A stretch of 64,000 nucleotides of DNA from Eledone cirrhosa (GCA_964016885.1 OZ024741.1:144398001-144462000); one strand, 5' to 3'. Positions 50,510-63,638 are shown, counted from the first letter of the stretch. Notes: generated from the sequence alone by a model not told the origin. Numbers and translations are program-made.

Positions 50510-53500
50510 CTACAGGCTGATATAGAGAGAAGGCCCATTCTCTCGGGTCATTCTCGCTACTTTCACCCATCTTTCATAAAACTTGCTGGGGTAGAGCACC
50601 TCTGTCTCCATTCTGATCCTTCTTCTAAAGTGGTACTTGAAAAAAAAGACCAGTTGTTGGCCGGCGAGATAGGTGTCTGACCTCAGCCCTTTCAACCTTG
50701 TCCACCATACAACTTCTTTCGCCATGGCTATCACACAGAGGAAAACACCGCCTCTCCGTTTTTGAAAGGGGGAGGCGGTTTGATCGTGACAATGTTCTCG
50801 GTGGTCAACCGGATTGGTCCCACCCGCGACAGTAGTCGTTCTACATAGCCCCACAGCTCAGCAACGCCCGGGCAGTGTACGAATGCGTGTGCGACGGTTT
50901 CCACGCCACGCACGCATCTTGGACAGATCTTCTTCGAGGGGCCCCTACCCGGGCGCCCGTGTCTGTAGAGCTTGTCCCGAACGGGTAAAGCTCCTCGGTA
51001 ACATTGCCAAGCCAGGGACTTTTGGAAGTTGTCCATCGGTCCCGGGCCAAACGTCCTACCGAACAGACTGGCCAGCTCGTCTTCCTCCATTACCCAGAGC
51101 CTCTCCGAGAGCGTCGTCGCACATACTGCGCACCAACCCTCTATAGAATGTTGAGGTTGAGTCTCCACTGATTGCCGGATCCGCTTGCCAGAGGGCCGTG
51201 AGCGCCTGGGCACATTCAATGTGCCAGTCGCCCATTTTTCTCGGTCTTTGCTTGACCCAGGATTGCAGCTCGGTGAGTGAGACGAGTCTCGGAAAGGCTC
51301 GCCTCACAAACAGGGCCCACACCGGCTGACCGGTGAGGAATACCTGGAGGTGCCGTAGCCTTAATGCGTGTCTTCGCATCGTCAGCCACGGCATCCCCAG
51401 CCCTCCGTTCGAAGGGTGTTGACAGCAGATGGATCTTCTCACCAAAGGAGCCTGCTTCTTCCAAAGAAATCGGAAGAGCGCGCGCTCCATTTTGGCGAGT
51501 GTTTTATCTGGGCAAGGCACGACGGTCAAGCGGTAGTAGATGACGGACGCTATATAAGCGTTCGCCACCTCCGCTCGACCTTTCAGAGATAGTTTGCACT
51601 CGGCCCACTTCTGAGCGAGTGCAAACACCTTGCCCGTTACCTCGTCCCAGTTTTTCTCCACCTGGAGGTCCGGTCCGAACCAGACCCCGAGCAGCTTCAC
51701 CGGTCCCTCTGTCCAGCATCCCACGATGCCGTCGGAGGGCATCGTTTTGCCCCTCCACGTCCCGAGTTGCAAACCGACGGACTTGTCCCGGTTCAGCTTG
51801 GCTCCTGTGAACCTTTCATATTCCTCCAGTAAGGTGCCGATCTGCCCGATTTCCGAGGCGCACGACACCATTACTATCACGTCATCGGCGTAGGCCGACA
51901 CCGCTTTCCGCAATCCCGGTTCCAAGGGGATGCCCTGCACAGCTCCAGCTTCCGCAGTAGTGGCTCGAGAGCCAGCACATACAGGAGGGAGGAGAGAGGG
52001 CATCCCTGTCGAATGGACCGCGTGATTTGGAACGGCTCCGAGAGGTAGCCGTTCACCTTGACCCTCGAGCAGGTGTTGCTGCTGAGCATTGCAGCAATCC
52101 AGCCCCTGAAAACGGGTCCAAAGCCTGCCGCCACGAGTACCGCATCCAGGTATCGATGGTCAACCCTATCGAACGCCTTAGATTGATCCAAGTTGATCAG
52201 GGCCCCACCAAAGCCGGGTTCGTTCCCTACCCTCTCTACGATGTATCGCATGAGGTGGAGGTTGTCGTGTATGGACCTGGACGGGATTGCGCATGTCTGC
52301 GCTTCTCCCACCAGGTTCCCAACGACAAGCGCCAACATCTTCGCTAACACCTTGGCCAAAATCTTTAACTCTGTGTTTAGCAGAGTTATGGGCCTGAAGT
52401 TATCTATGTCATCCCCCTTGTTCTCGTCCTTCCTCACCAGCGTGACTACGCCCTTGGTCACAGAACTGGGAATTCTCCCGTTCTGTTGCCAGTTGCAGTA
52501 GACCGCCTCGAGGAGACCGGAGAACAAGCCCTGCATCGCTACATAAAGTTCGTATGGTAGACCATCGAGACCCGGAGATTTGCGTTTGCCGCATTGGCTC
52601 AGCGCTTCCCCTATTTCAGCGGCTGAAATCGGCCTCTCGCAGGACTTCGCCTCCCCGTCCGAGAGCCGCGCCATCGTGGACTTGTTTCCACTTTTTGCCT
52701 CTGTCACTCGGGCCCAGCTAACAGCTTTGGCTCCCTCGTTACCCAGAGCACGTATTTTACTCCTGACAACGCAGCCCTCGTGCTTCGCATCAAAGAACTG
52801 GTCTAGGGCCGTTCTTGACGCCAGCACGCCGGCCACGTTTCCACTCCTAATCGCCTCTTCTACTCTATTTGTTAATTCCCTTTCAGTTCTATTCCTATCT
52901 GATGCTAATTCCCGACTAAAACCTATCGATTCTAATCTAATTTCTCTCTTGAGAGAGCCCCACCACCTGTTGTTGACAATTGCCCCCGTCAAACGCTGCT
53001 TAACTAGTGTGCTAATCCGCTTACTGTAAGCTTTGTTTGTTGGTAAAGACAAGTTTAGCTTCCAGTAACCGGGTCCCTGTCTATGAGTTATATTAAGGTT
53101 GACCACTCCGGTCACCAGCTTGTGATCCGAATAGTCAACCATGAACATTCGTGGACAGCTTAATATGTCCCTATCCTTATTTCTAACTAGGAACCTATCT
53201 AGGTACGACCTAGATGTTCCGCTGCGATTACTCCACGTCCACCGTGGAACAGTCGGAAAATCTAGTCGATATCTATCGGCCAGATCAAATCGGCCGATTA
53301 ATCGTTTGAGGCTGTTACACCCCCCTCTATCGGGACATGCCCCTACATAGTCCCAACGTGCAGGATACCATTCCAGTCCCCCACTAAAAGCAAGGAGCGA
53401 GACGTTCCCACGAAATTCTCCAGGCGTCGGAAGAAGTTCGGTCGCGGTGTCCCAGATGGGGCATACGCTGCCACCAGCCTGAAAGCTCCACCTTCACCAC

Positions 53501-53798
53501 TGCCGACGTCTAAAACCACCAGTCGACCCTCCGGGTCCAGGTGTACCTTCTGTGTGGCAAGACCCAGGTATTTTCGCAGCAGAACGACAACCCCACCCCC
53601 ACCCCTCGGCTGACAGAGAGATGCGTAGATCTCAAAGTCGTCGAAGATGGGGGCCAGTTGGCACTCGCTGCTGATCCTGGACTCGCAAATAACCATTACA
53701 TCCACTCTGTGCGACCTGAGGTCATTTAAGAGTTTGCCCTGTTTCCAGGACATCCCCAAGCCGCGTGCATTCACACATCCAACTCTTATATTGGCCAT
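50510..53798 (-). pseudogene. LINE ORF2 (AP endonuclease-reverse transcriptase), frameshifted
   Basis: NARGL, GDWN, SDH, SPGLDG, FRPITLLN, DQSKAFD, RQGCPLS, AYADD, CPRC..ETVAHAFVHC. Confidence 0.92.
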
Positions 53799-53840
53799 GT
53801 TGGTGCTGAAGAGTTAAAAAGGAAGAGGAAAGGAAATTAC

Positions 53841-55655
53841 TTACCTCTTCGTCTCCTGGGGACCAGGCTGCACAATTTCCATGGGGGTGTTGGAAGGGTT
53901 ATTTGGTGGGGTGGTGGTTTGTGGTGGGGTGAGGACATCAGTGTGTGGTGGGATTAGGGCGTTTGGTGGGGTGTGGGTGTCTGGTGTGGGGGTGGGAAAA
54001 CATCTCAATAGGACGCTGTTATGTAGTTTGGTGCAGTTGGTCCCACATGCATTGGATGGTTCTTTTTCAAAGTTACATAGGTTACCGTTGGGACCCTAAT
54101 CATCATTAGGTGCAGTTTGTTCTCTGCGTAGGTGAAAGTGATCCCTTCGGTTTCCACCGAAGGGTTATTTTCTATCGCTTTCATCAACGTTTTATTGTTC
54201 TTGTTAATGTATATATAGAGTTTTTATTGTGTTGTGTTTGTTTTTGTTTGTTGTTCTTGTGCGTGTTTGCGTTTTGTAGTACGTGTTGTTTTGGGGAGGG
54301 GCTGGTTTTTTTTATTTGTGATGTTTGTTCTGTTTGTGCTAGTGGTTGTGTGTTTGTGGCATTTTTGTTAATGTGGTGCCTTTTTTTTTTCCTTTTCACC
54401 TGTTGAAAGGGTTCTCCCTCGTCGTCACTGGGTGACGTTGATACGGAGTCCTCTTCCGTGTTGTTGGGGAGGGGTATATTTTGGGGTTTTGTTGTGGTTG
54501 CTTTTGTATTTGTTTTAGGTGGGGAGGGGTTGGGTGGAACAGTGTTTTGTGTTGTTATTTTTCCGTATTGTTGTGGTTGTTGTTATTGTGGTGGTGATGG
54601 TAGTGGTGTTGGTGGTGGTGGTGGTGGTTGTGTTGTTGTGTTCGGGGTTGGCAGAAGAGCCTTTTTTTTACTCGTTAATTGAGGACAGGCAGCTCTCAGG
54701 TGACCCCTGCTTAAGCAGTGGTAACATGACGGCCGCCTTCCCTCCACTGAAATGTTTATATAAGTTAGCCCGTCCAGAGGCACGCGTTGTGGGATATTCG
54801 CTATTCGTTCTGGGCTCATTTGCACCAGAACTTCTACGCTGGTCCCACCAAATACACACCCGGAGGACTTTCCTATTGAAATGATCTTGTCTTCGTCAAA
54901 GTCAATGATTCCACATAGTATCCACCAAATATTTACATTTGGTGTGATACTCATTATTTTTATTCTTTGTGTCCTTTTTCCGCTGTATGTGGGGAAAAAG
55001 GTGAAGCGAGGGGACACAATGGGTGATACCGAGTACTTTTGAGCTGTTGACTGGTTGTTCATTAGCACCGAAATGCTACCAAACAGTTTACCTTTCTGTA
55101 TGAAGGTTAAGTCCTTCATTGCATCTTTTAGAACCAGCTCAATTTCATTTTGTGATAATTGAGCTGGTTTTCTTGTTTCGTTCGATATTGTCCTGAAAAC
55201 CACAGTTTTCAGGACAGCCTCTCTACGTAATTCCTGTGGAGAATTGATGCTAAAAGCACCGTTTTCGCCAAAAGTCACGAATTGTTTTGCGTCTTGTAAT
55301 AGTTGTTTAGCATTTGTTATGTCTATTGGCGTGTATAGTTCGTTTTTTTTTACAGTCTGTGCGAATGTTGTTTTGGTGTTGTCTTTTTTGTTGCTGTCAC
55401 TGTTGGTAATATTGTTCATGTTTTCCTTGGTGTTGCTATTGTTGCAGTTGTTGGTTGTGGTGTTATTGTCATTGTTCTTGTTGTTGGTGCTGGTATTATT
55501 TACCGGGTTTGGTTTCGTGGTTTCAATACTTTTTTTAACGTTTTTCGATAATGCGAGGGGGGGAAGGCTGCAAGCTTTGTACTCCTACCTTCCCTCCACC
55601 ACTTTTCTTAGTGGGCGTGGCACTCACGACAGTGTGCGTGGTGGAAATGGCATCC
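53841..55655 (-). pseudogene. LINE ORF1 (zinc knuckle), frameshifted
   Basis: ORF 54583-55419 contains EGRRPSCYHCLSRGHLRAAC; a Pro/Thr-rich tail ends GPQETKR-stop at 53841. Confidence 0.85.
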
Positions 55656-56202
55656 ATTGCCACCAAGTCTACAGTTTTGAGATGAAAATTTCGCCCCAGA
55701 AAGGGGCGAAAATTAGTTGACTCAACGTCTGACAGCCCAGGCAAGGGGTTAAACTAACAATGTTATCAAATTGAGCAAAAAACTCACAGTTTTTTGACAA
55801 TAATCGGTAAAAGTCCGGAGCAAAGTAATTCACATCTATATCAAGTGTTAATTGATATAGAGAGGGGGATTGGAGGAGAGTACCGTGCAGTAGATATAGA
55901 GAGGGGGAGAATTTAGTTGTTGTAGAGATATATATAGGGATTATGGGAGAGTGCCGTGGAGTAGATATAGAAAGGGTGAGAGTTTAGGAGTGATTGATAT
56001 TCAGAGGGGGATTGGGAGAGATAAGTGTTGATATTTATAGAGAGTGAGAGAGTGTATTAGTCTTAGATATAGAGAGTGGGATAAGAGAGGCGGTGTCGTG
56101 GTAGATACAGAGAGGAGTAGAGTTTGGTTTTAGTAGATACAGAGAGGGGGATTAAAAGAGAGTGTTGTGTGATAGACATAGAGAGGAGGAAAGTTTGGTG
56201 GC

Positions 56203-56543
56203 ACTCTCGGGTCCTAAATAATAGGAGGGGTGGCAATAATAGGTGGGGTGATGGTGGGGGTCTTGTGAAATCAGTAATTGTATAGTGTACGTTCGTAAAT
56301 TGGGATTTTTTGTAATGTTCTTCTTTTGTCATATATAATGTTTTTTTTAATGTAAAATAAAATTATTATTAGATTCTCCAGCTGCTGTATCGATATGAAT
56401 CACTTACAATAAAATTTCGCCGGGGATAGATAGTAAAATTTAATAAGTGAGTTGCGGTGGGAGTGGAATAAAAACCGGGCGTGGTAGAAAAAAATCTGAC
56501 AAGTTAATAAGCAGGGTGGAGACGATTATTCAAGACCTGAGAG
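56203..56543. mobile_element. MITE-like element; related copy at ~49147-49285
   Basis: Imperfect TIR CTCTCGGGTCCTAAATAAT / ATTATTCAAGACCTGAGAG. Confidence 0.55.
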
Positions 56544-56970
56544 TATGTAAATTATTGACGGACGTAAGAATGAAAACTCAATACCGAAGTAGAGTTTAAA
56601 TATTCATTTATTATGGCTAAGTCTTATTACTCTGGAGTCTCACGTGCGTACTCACCAGACAAGTCTAGTGATCCTGTGAGTGCGCAGGTGAAACTTTACA
56701 GTAACAAAGCTCACCAATATATATATATATAAGAAAAAAGGAGTGCTGCGTGGTTGCACATGGGTTACATATGAATAAAATTAGTCCTTCATCAGTGATC
56801 TTCCAACCTTCATTGGTATTTCATCGCTTTAAAAATCATATACCTCTGGTTGGTGCGAGCAATAACTAAATAAAGTTATTGGGACAAGTAAAATAGCGTG
56901 AAGCGACCGAGACATGTAAACAAACAAAGATGGTATTGCAACGGAAAGATAGGAAGAGACAAGTACATGA

Positions 56971-57515
<545 letters not shown>

Positions 57516-58043
57516 TGAATAAATTGGGTATAATACCAGTTTCTTACCAAATGCGAAGAAGCTCGATATATTAACCCCTTAAGAAAGGACACAAAGCATA
57601 ATTTTTTTTAAATTATATATATACAGTAGCTGTAGAACACGGGTAGGGGGGGGGGGGCATGCCCCCCCCCTCCAATAATTATATTTTCTCCCCAAACTAA
57701 CAAACACACATCTATTTGGATATGCGCTACACTTTATGTACATGTTTTGTTTATCGCATATTGAAGTTTCCTGACTATTTTAGAGTGCAAAGAGATAAAC
57801 TAATCACTATAACTAAATTGTCCAAATTTGCCGCCCACAATTTTTTTGTTTTCTTACATGTGATAGAGATATTAACTATGTATTCGCCTAACTACTACGC
57901 TTCATACTGTAATTTACCCTCCGTTCTACTGTACGGTACTATCGTTCAATATGTAGATAATATATTTGTAATATTGATCCCACTTTCAAAACTTCTTACT
58001 ATAACTTAAACATCTCCCTATTTATTAGTTATTATATGTACAT

Positions 58044-58732
58044 CGGTAGAGGGTCGGACGCCATGCTTTCCAGCATAGTTACGTCCCTTTACGATCTGAG
58101 TTCAAATCCCGCCGAGGTTGACTTTGCCTTTCATCCTTACGGGGTCGATAAAATAAAGTACCAGTAATGCACTGGGTAATTGCTGGCCTTGTACCTAAAG
58201 TAGAAACAATTATATGTACATGTACATAGGGCGGTGAATTGGCAGTATCGGTAGAGGGTCGGACGCCATGCTTTCCAGCATACTTACGTTCCTTTACGGT
58301 CTGAATTCAAATCCCGTCGAGGTTAACTTTGCCTTTCATCCTTACAGGATCAATAAAATAAAGTACCAGTAATGAAGTGCGTAATTGCTGGCCTTGTGCC
58401 AAAAGTAGAAACAATTATATGTACATATATTTTTTTACTTACTTCAATCTAGATTCTAACTTGTAATTTTTTTAATTTTTAATTTTTAATTTTTAATTTT
58501 TAGTGTTAATTTCCAACTCTCATTCATAATTTCCACTGTGAAACCATAATTGTTTCTACTTTTGGCACAAGGCCAGTAATTACCCAGTACATTACTGGTA
58601 TTTTATTTTATCGACCCCGTAAGGATGAAAGGCAAAGTTAACCTCGGCGGGATTTGAACTCAGAATGGCAAGGGCCGTAACTCTATGCGTCAAAGCATGG
58701 CGTCCGACGCTTCTACCGATACTGCCAATCCA
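58044..58732. mobile_element. Cluster of three SINEs (58044-58208 +, 58228-58413 +, 58551-58729 -)
   Basis: Family motifs; flanking duplications ATTATATGTACAT (three times) and CCACTGTGAAACCATAAT (twice). Confidence 0.88.
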
Positions 58733-59155
58733 CTGTGAAACCATAATACCTAGAAATAAGTATATATTCTCTAAGCGATTGATGGTCAATTCTACTGTCC
58801 ATGCTTAATTTAGGGGTAGTATTGAGACCTATTGATACTCATACTCTCCCACCCCCACTAGTTCTCGGCCGGCTGCCATTAACAGGGGAGTTAGCAGTAA
58901 GTTATAACCGTGTCATATTACAGGCCTGGATGGGGGTCATTGTTTGGTTGAGAGGGGGACTTGCCTAGGCGAGTTTCGTAGAACTCTTGCGGTAGTTGAT
59001 GGTCAACTTCCTTCGGACTTGCGCCTGCGCAGACCGGTGGGGGTGAATTGGGACTCACAGGGGAACGGGCGAAGTACTCAAGAGCACACGCTTTGTCCGT
59101 TCCCATGTCGATTCAATTTGGATTGCCTCGGAAACATAACCTTATTATGTAACAA

Positions 59156-59230
59156 GCTGTCTGATGATGTCACGGCACTGGGCGCACCGAATCGTGTGGC
59201 CACTGCCGTCATTGAAATATGTATCACAGC
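59156..59230 (+). ncRNA. Type I hammerhead ribozyme, intact core, extended stem II
   Basis: GCTGT-CTGATGA-..ACGGCA...TGCCGT..-GAAATATGTATC-ACAGC. Confidence 0.72.
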
Positions 59231-59417
59231 ATTATTATTAAAGGACTTTAACATCTGAATCTACTTCGCTTTTTCTTATTCGATATATACTCCGTCACTC
59301 CTATGTGGAATAAGTACGTTGAGTGCTTGAATTGAATTGCAGCAAGTATATATATATATAACGGCGATGAATTAGTTTTGCGAGGTTTTTTATATGAAAT
59401 CGTGTGTCGAAACAAAT

Positions 59418-60042
59418 ATTGTTATACTTGGGGAGGGTCATATTTGTGTAATATTGCCAGAATTAAGAACAGAACACACTGACTGTTTGGTTGCTTTTCG
59501 CTTTTCGCTTCTGTGTCTTTTATATCGGTAATCTAATTTATTCGGTCCTCAATGTTGCCATTGACTGACCAGCGGTCTAAAAATAATACAGATACAATAT
59601 AGACACAAACACATATATATAGTTTATCAAAGTTCTTTCATTGCATATCTGCAACATCGTCAGTGGTGCTATTGTTTCCTCCCGTTACATTGTATTTTCT
59701 ACGCCATCTTTATTTAGTCTGTTTATATATTTATTTATTTGTTTATTTTATTTTGTCTTCGTTGCGCATGCGTTTGCGTGTGTGTATAGTGTTTTGTTTG
59801 ATGTGTGTTCGTGATTGGGTGACTGTGTATTGGTTAATGTATTCTATCTTTACTAGTGTGTGTTTATATGTGTTTGTTGTTATTGTGCTTGTGTATGTAT
59901 TTATTTATTTATTTATTTATCTATTTATTTATTTATTTATACTTCTCTTAGGTCAGTGTTGTTTGTTTGGGTGTTGTTGTTATTCCATTCATTCTTTCTG
60001 TTTAGCCTTGGCCTCAGTACTATACATTAGCTATAACTACCA
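59418..60042 (-). mobile_element. Inverted near-identical copy of the Penelope 3' region at 63036-63638
   Basis: About 620 bp of reverse-complement identity. Confidence 0.85.
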
Positions 60043-60066
60043 GCGGTAATGTTTTCTTAATGCTCT

Positions 60067-60067
<1 letters not shown>

Positions 60068-60127
<60 letters not shown>

Positions 60128-60152
60128 TCCACTACTACTGCTACTACCACAT

Positions 60153-60219
<67 letters not shown>

Positions 60220-60238
60220 CACCACCACCACCACCACC

Positions 60239-60296
<58 letters not shown>

Positions 60297-60297
60297 A
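60068..60297. repeat. Compound (ACT)n/(ACC)n microsatellite
   Basis: Trinucleotide runs. Confidence 0.97.
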
Positions 60298-60600
60298 TGC
60301 TGCTGTTGCTGCTGCCACTGTACTCTAGGAGTGAAAGGATGGAGGTGGTTGTATGTGATTTTCACAGACTTTGGTGACAAATAATTTGAGGTCATTACAA
60401 ACGGTAACAGATACCGAATCACAGAGACAGCTAATAAATAGACTATACTTTTATCTGTTTCAAAGCCTCGGTCTCAGCTGTCTAATTTAGGGATTTATTT
60501 AATTACCTTCACTCCCACCCCATTTTCCATTTGATCCCTTCTATTATGGATTATTTTCAGCCCACAATACTCCATTTTCCTGGTTATTATAAACAACCCA

Positions 60601-60820
60601 AGGGCGGTAGATTGGCAGTAACGGTAGAACGCCGACACTCTACTTTGCAGCATAGAGTTAAACCCCTTTACGTTCTGAGTTCAAATCCTGCCGAGTTTAG
60701 CTTTGCCTTTCATCCTTATGGGGTCGATAATATAAAGCACCAGTAATGCACTGAGGTCGATTTAATCGACTTTCCCCCCTCTTCAAATTGCTGGCCTTGT
60801 ACCTAAAGTAGAAACAAGTA
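60601..60820 (+). mobile_element. tRNA-derived SINE
   Basis: Family motifs as at 16033-16225. Confidence 0.82.
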
Positions 60821-60992
60821 TAAGTAATCTAAATCATTTCCGTGTTTATGGTATCTGAAAAGAAACATAGAAAACACCTGAATGGTCCAGATTTGTACTT
60901 TACAGTAAGCACAAATAATGATTACACACACACACATACACACACATACACACGTGTACCTATTGTTTACTTTGTGAGGGTCATACTGCCGG

Positions 60993-61019
<27 letters not shown>

Positions 61020-61023
<4 letters not shown>

Positions 61024-61256
61024 AGAAAGGATAAAAAGGACGATTGATTATTCCTTCATTGCATTTATTGATAGGTGACGCGCGTTTCGCCACTGATCAG
61101 CTCAAGGTTCGATCTATATCGATCCTACCCGACTATTATTGAGTCGGGTAGGATCGATATAGATCGAACCTTGAGCTGATCAGTGACGAAACGCGCGTCA
61201 CCTATCAATAAATGCAATGAAGGAATAATCAATCGTCCTTTTTATCCTTTCTATAT
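61020..61256. repeat. Near-perfect palindrome (115-bp arms, 7-nt loop) derived from a Penelope pseudo-LTR
   Basis: One mismatch seen between the arms; each arm holds the hammerhead 3' half GAAACGCGCGTC. Confidence 0.9.
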
Positions 61257-61354
61257 TTTACACTCTGTATAGCTCTACACATCATCACAGAAGTGAACCT
61301 AAACATCGAGTGCTCACCCGGGTGAACCTGCAGTAACTCCTAGTTACACCCACT

Positions 61355-61417
<63 letters not shown>

Positions 61418-61964
61418 TATGTATACGTACATACATATATGTATACAGACGTACAGTAGTATGTATACATATATACATACATGCACACATATATATATAT
61501 GTACGTATGGATTCACCAAACATTTATTATAATGCTCGGTGTGTTTGTAAACAAACATCCCGTATCAAGCCGTAGTGTCTAGCAACCACCGTTGCTCGTT
61601 TGTTCAACACTGACAAAGGAAGGCTGTACTAGTTTCAAGCTTGTTAGCTATCGTCAGCAACGTATACCTCCCTGCCAGATAGTTGAACGTCCGAAAGTAT
61701 ATACTTTCCTTATGCATATTAACGGCTGAGTAGCACAATTTGCATATCGAGTGGGTTAATCGGCCGTGTACATATATGTATACATATATATATGTACGTC
61801 TGTATACATATATGTATGTACGTATACATACTTATATTTTAGTAACAGCCGTACTAAGAGTGGGAAATGAAATTTCGTTTCCTTTTTTCCGTTTATCGTT
61901 TTCGGTGCACCCGGCCGATTAACCCACTCGATATGCAAATTACGCGCCCCCCCCCCCCCAAAAA

Positions 61965-63635
61965 AAACAATGATCAGGTAAGAAAAATGGTCGCACATGC
62001 AATAGGGGCTAGTATCAAAACTACCATAAAGGGCCACATATTCAAGTTCAACGAGAAGATCTACACCCAAAATGAAGGAGCAGCCATTGGCGTCAGCATA
62101 GCTGGTAACGTTGCCAACCTTTTATGGTATGGTGGGAAAGGAGACTCAAAGATCTCCTTGATGAGAGCTCCATAGACCTCATCATGTACTCTCGTTACGT
62201 AGACGACATCAATATAGTAATAAGGACATCCCACAAGAGAGCGCTAACACGTTTGATTTAGAACGTAGCACAATGGAAAGCATCCAGCAGATAGCTAATT
62301 TCATACACCAGAGTATAACTGTAACTATCGACATCCCTTCCAAACACCCTAACAATAGACTACCTGTATTAGACACGGAACTCTGGATTAACACTATAGA
62401 CGAGAGAGCCCAAATTCTCCACTCACACTATGCTAAATCCATGGCCTCCAAATACCTGATACTCAAAAACTCAGCAATGTCCAGTAGTGCTGATCGCAGA
62501 CTTGGTAAGAGTGATGAAGAATGTGTCCCGCATGTGCGACCCAACAGAAATGGAAAGACACATCCAACACTTCATCAACCGCATGCAGTTCTCTGGCTAC
62601 AACAAAAGAGACAGAATCAGAGTATACGAACGAGCCACGAAGAAGTATAAGACCCTCATAGAATTGGACATGAAAGGAATTTGCCCATTATACAGGAGCA
62701 AATCATGGAATAGCTTAGATAGGACTAGACACAAAATAAGGGAAGCCACCTCATGGTACGACAACCAGAGATACCAGAGTGTGATGTTTGTGGACGCTAC
62801 CCCTGGAGGGAAATTAGCTAACCAGTGTAGAAAGGCCCTGAGAAAGACCCACTTAAAGATTAAGGTGGTAGAAAAGCCAGGAACCACCATAAAAATCCCT
62901 GATCAGCAAAACCTACCCTTTTAAGAAAACCCACTTTACTAATAGGAAATGTATCATATGTAAAGTAAACCCCCGGATAAACTGTAAAACTAGAAACGTA
63001 GTCTATAGCATAAGATGTACAGAGGGTTCTTGCAGAACTGGTAGTTATAGCTAATGTATAGTACTGAGGCCAAGGCTAAACAGAAAGAATGAATGGAATA
63101 ACAACAACACCCAAACAAACAACACTGACCTAAGAGAAGTATAAATAAATAAATAAATACATACACAAGCACAATAACAACAAACACATATAAACACACA
63201 CTAGTAAAGATAGAATACATTAACCAATACACAGTCACCCAATCACGAACACACATCAAACAAAACACTATACACACACGCAAACGCATGCGCAAAGAAG
63301 ACAAAATAAAAATAAAAAAAATAAATATATAAACAGACTAAATAAAGATGGCGTAGAAAATACAATGTAACGGGAGGAAACAATAGCACCACTGACGATG
63401 TTGCAGATATGCAATGAAAGAACTTTGATAAACTATATATATGTGTTTGTGTCTATATTGTATCTGTATTATTTTTAGACCGCTGGTCAGTCAATGGCAA
63501 CATTGAGGACCGAATAAATTAGATTACCGATATAAAAGACACAGAAGCGAAAAGCGAAAACCAACCAAACAGTCAGTGTGTTCTGTTCTTAATTCTGGCA
63601 ATATTACACAAATATGACCCTCCCCAAGTATAACA

Positions 63636-63638
<3 letters not shown>
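61965..63638 (+). mobile_element. Penelope-like element (possibly Naiad-type), 5'-truncated, GIY-YIG core deleted
   Basis: HIFKFNEKIYTQNEGAAIG, YSRYVDD, LPVLDT, FVDATPGG, CIIC..NCKTRNVVYSIRC and PRLNRKNEW; hammerhead at 63388-63429. Confidence 0.82.

Larger units (their letters stand above)
50262..55840 (-). mobile_element. Near-full-length L1/Tx1-clade LINE (~5.6 kb)
   Basis: ORF1 with CCHC knuckle; ORF2 with APE, RT and C-terminal zinc finger; AATAAA at the 3' end. Confidence 0.93.

Noticed and set aside
52027-53029. Plus-strand ORFs overlapping LINE ORF2, and similar antisense ORFs in the Dong elements
   Set aside because: Antisense shadows of coding sequence with no independent motifs.
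56624-56706. Imperfect ~80-bp palindrome as a pre-miRNA
   Set aside because: Many mismatches and no supporting evidence; more likely a MITE remnant.
62900-63030. Selenocysteine (TGA) codons as reported for some Naiad Penelope elements
   Set aside because: The visible cysteine positions are TGT; no in-frame TGA at them and no SECIS identified.
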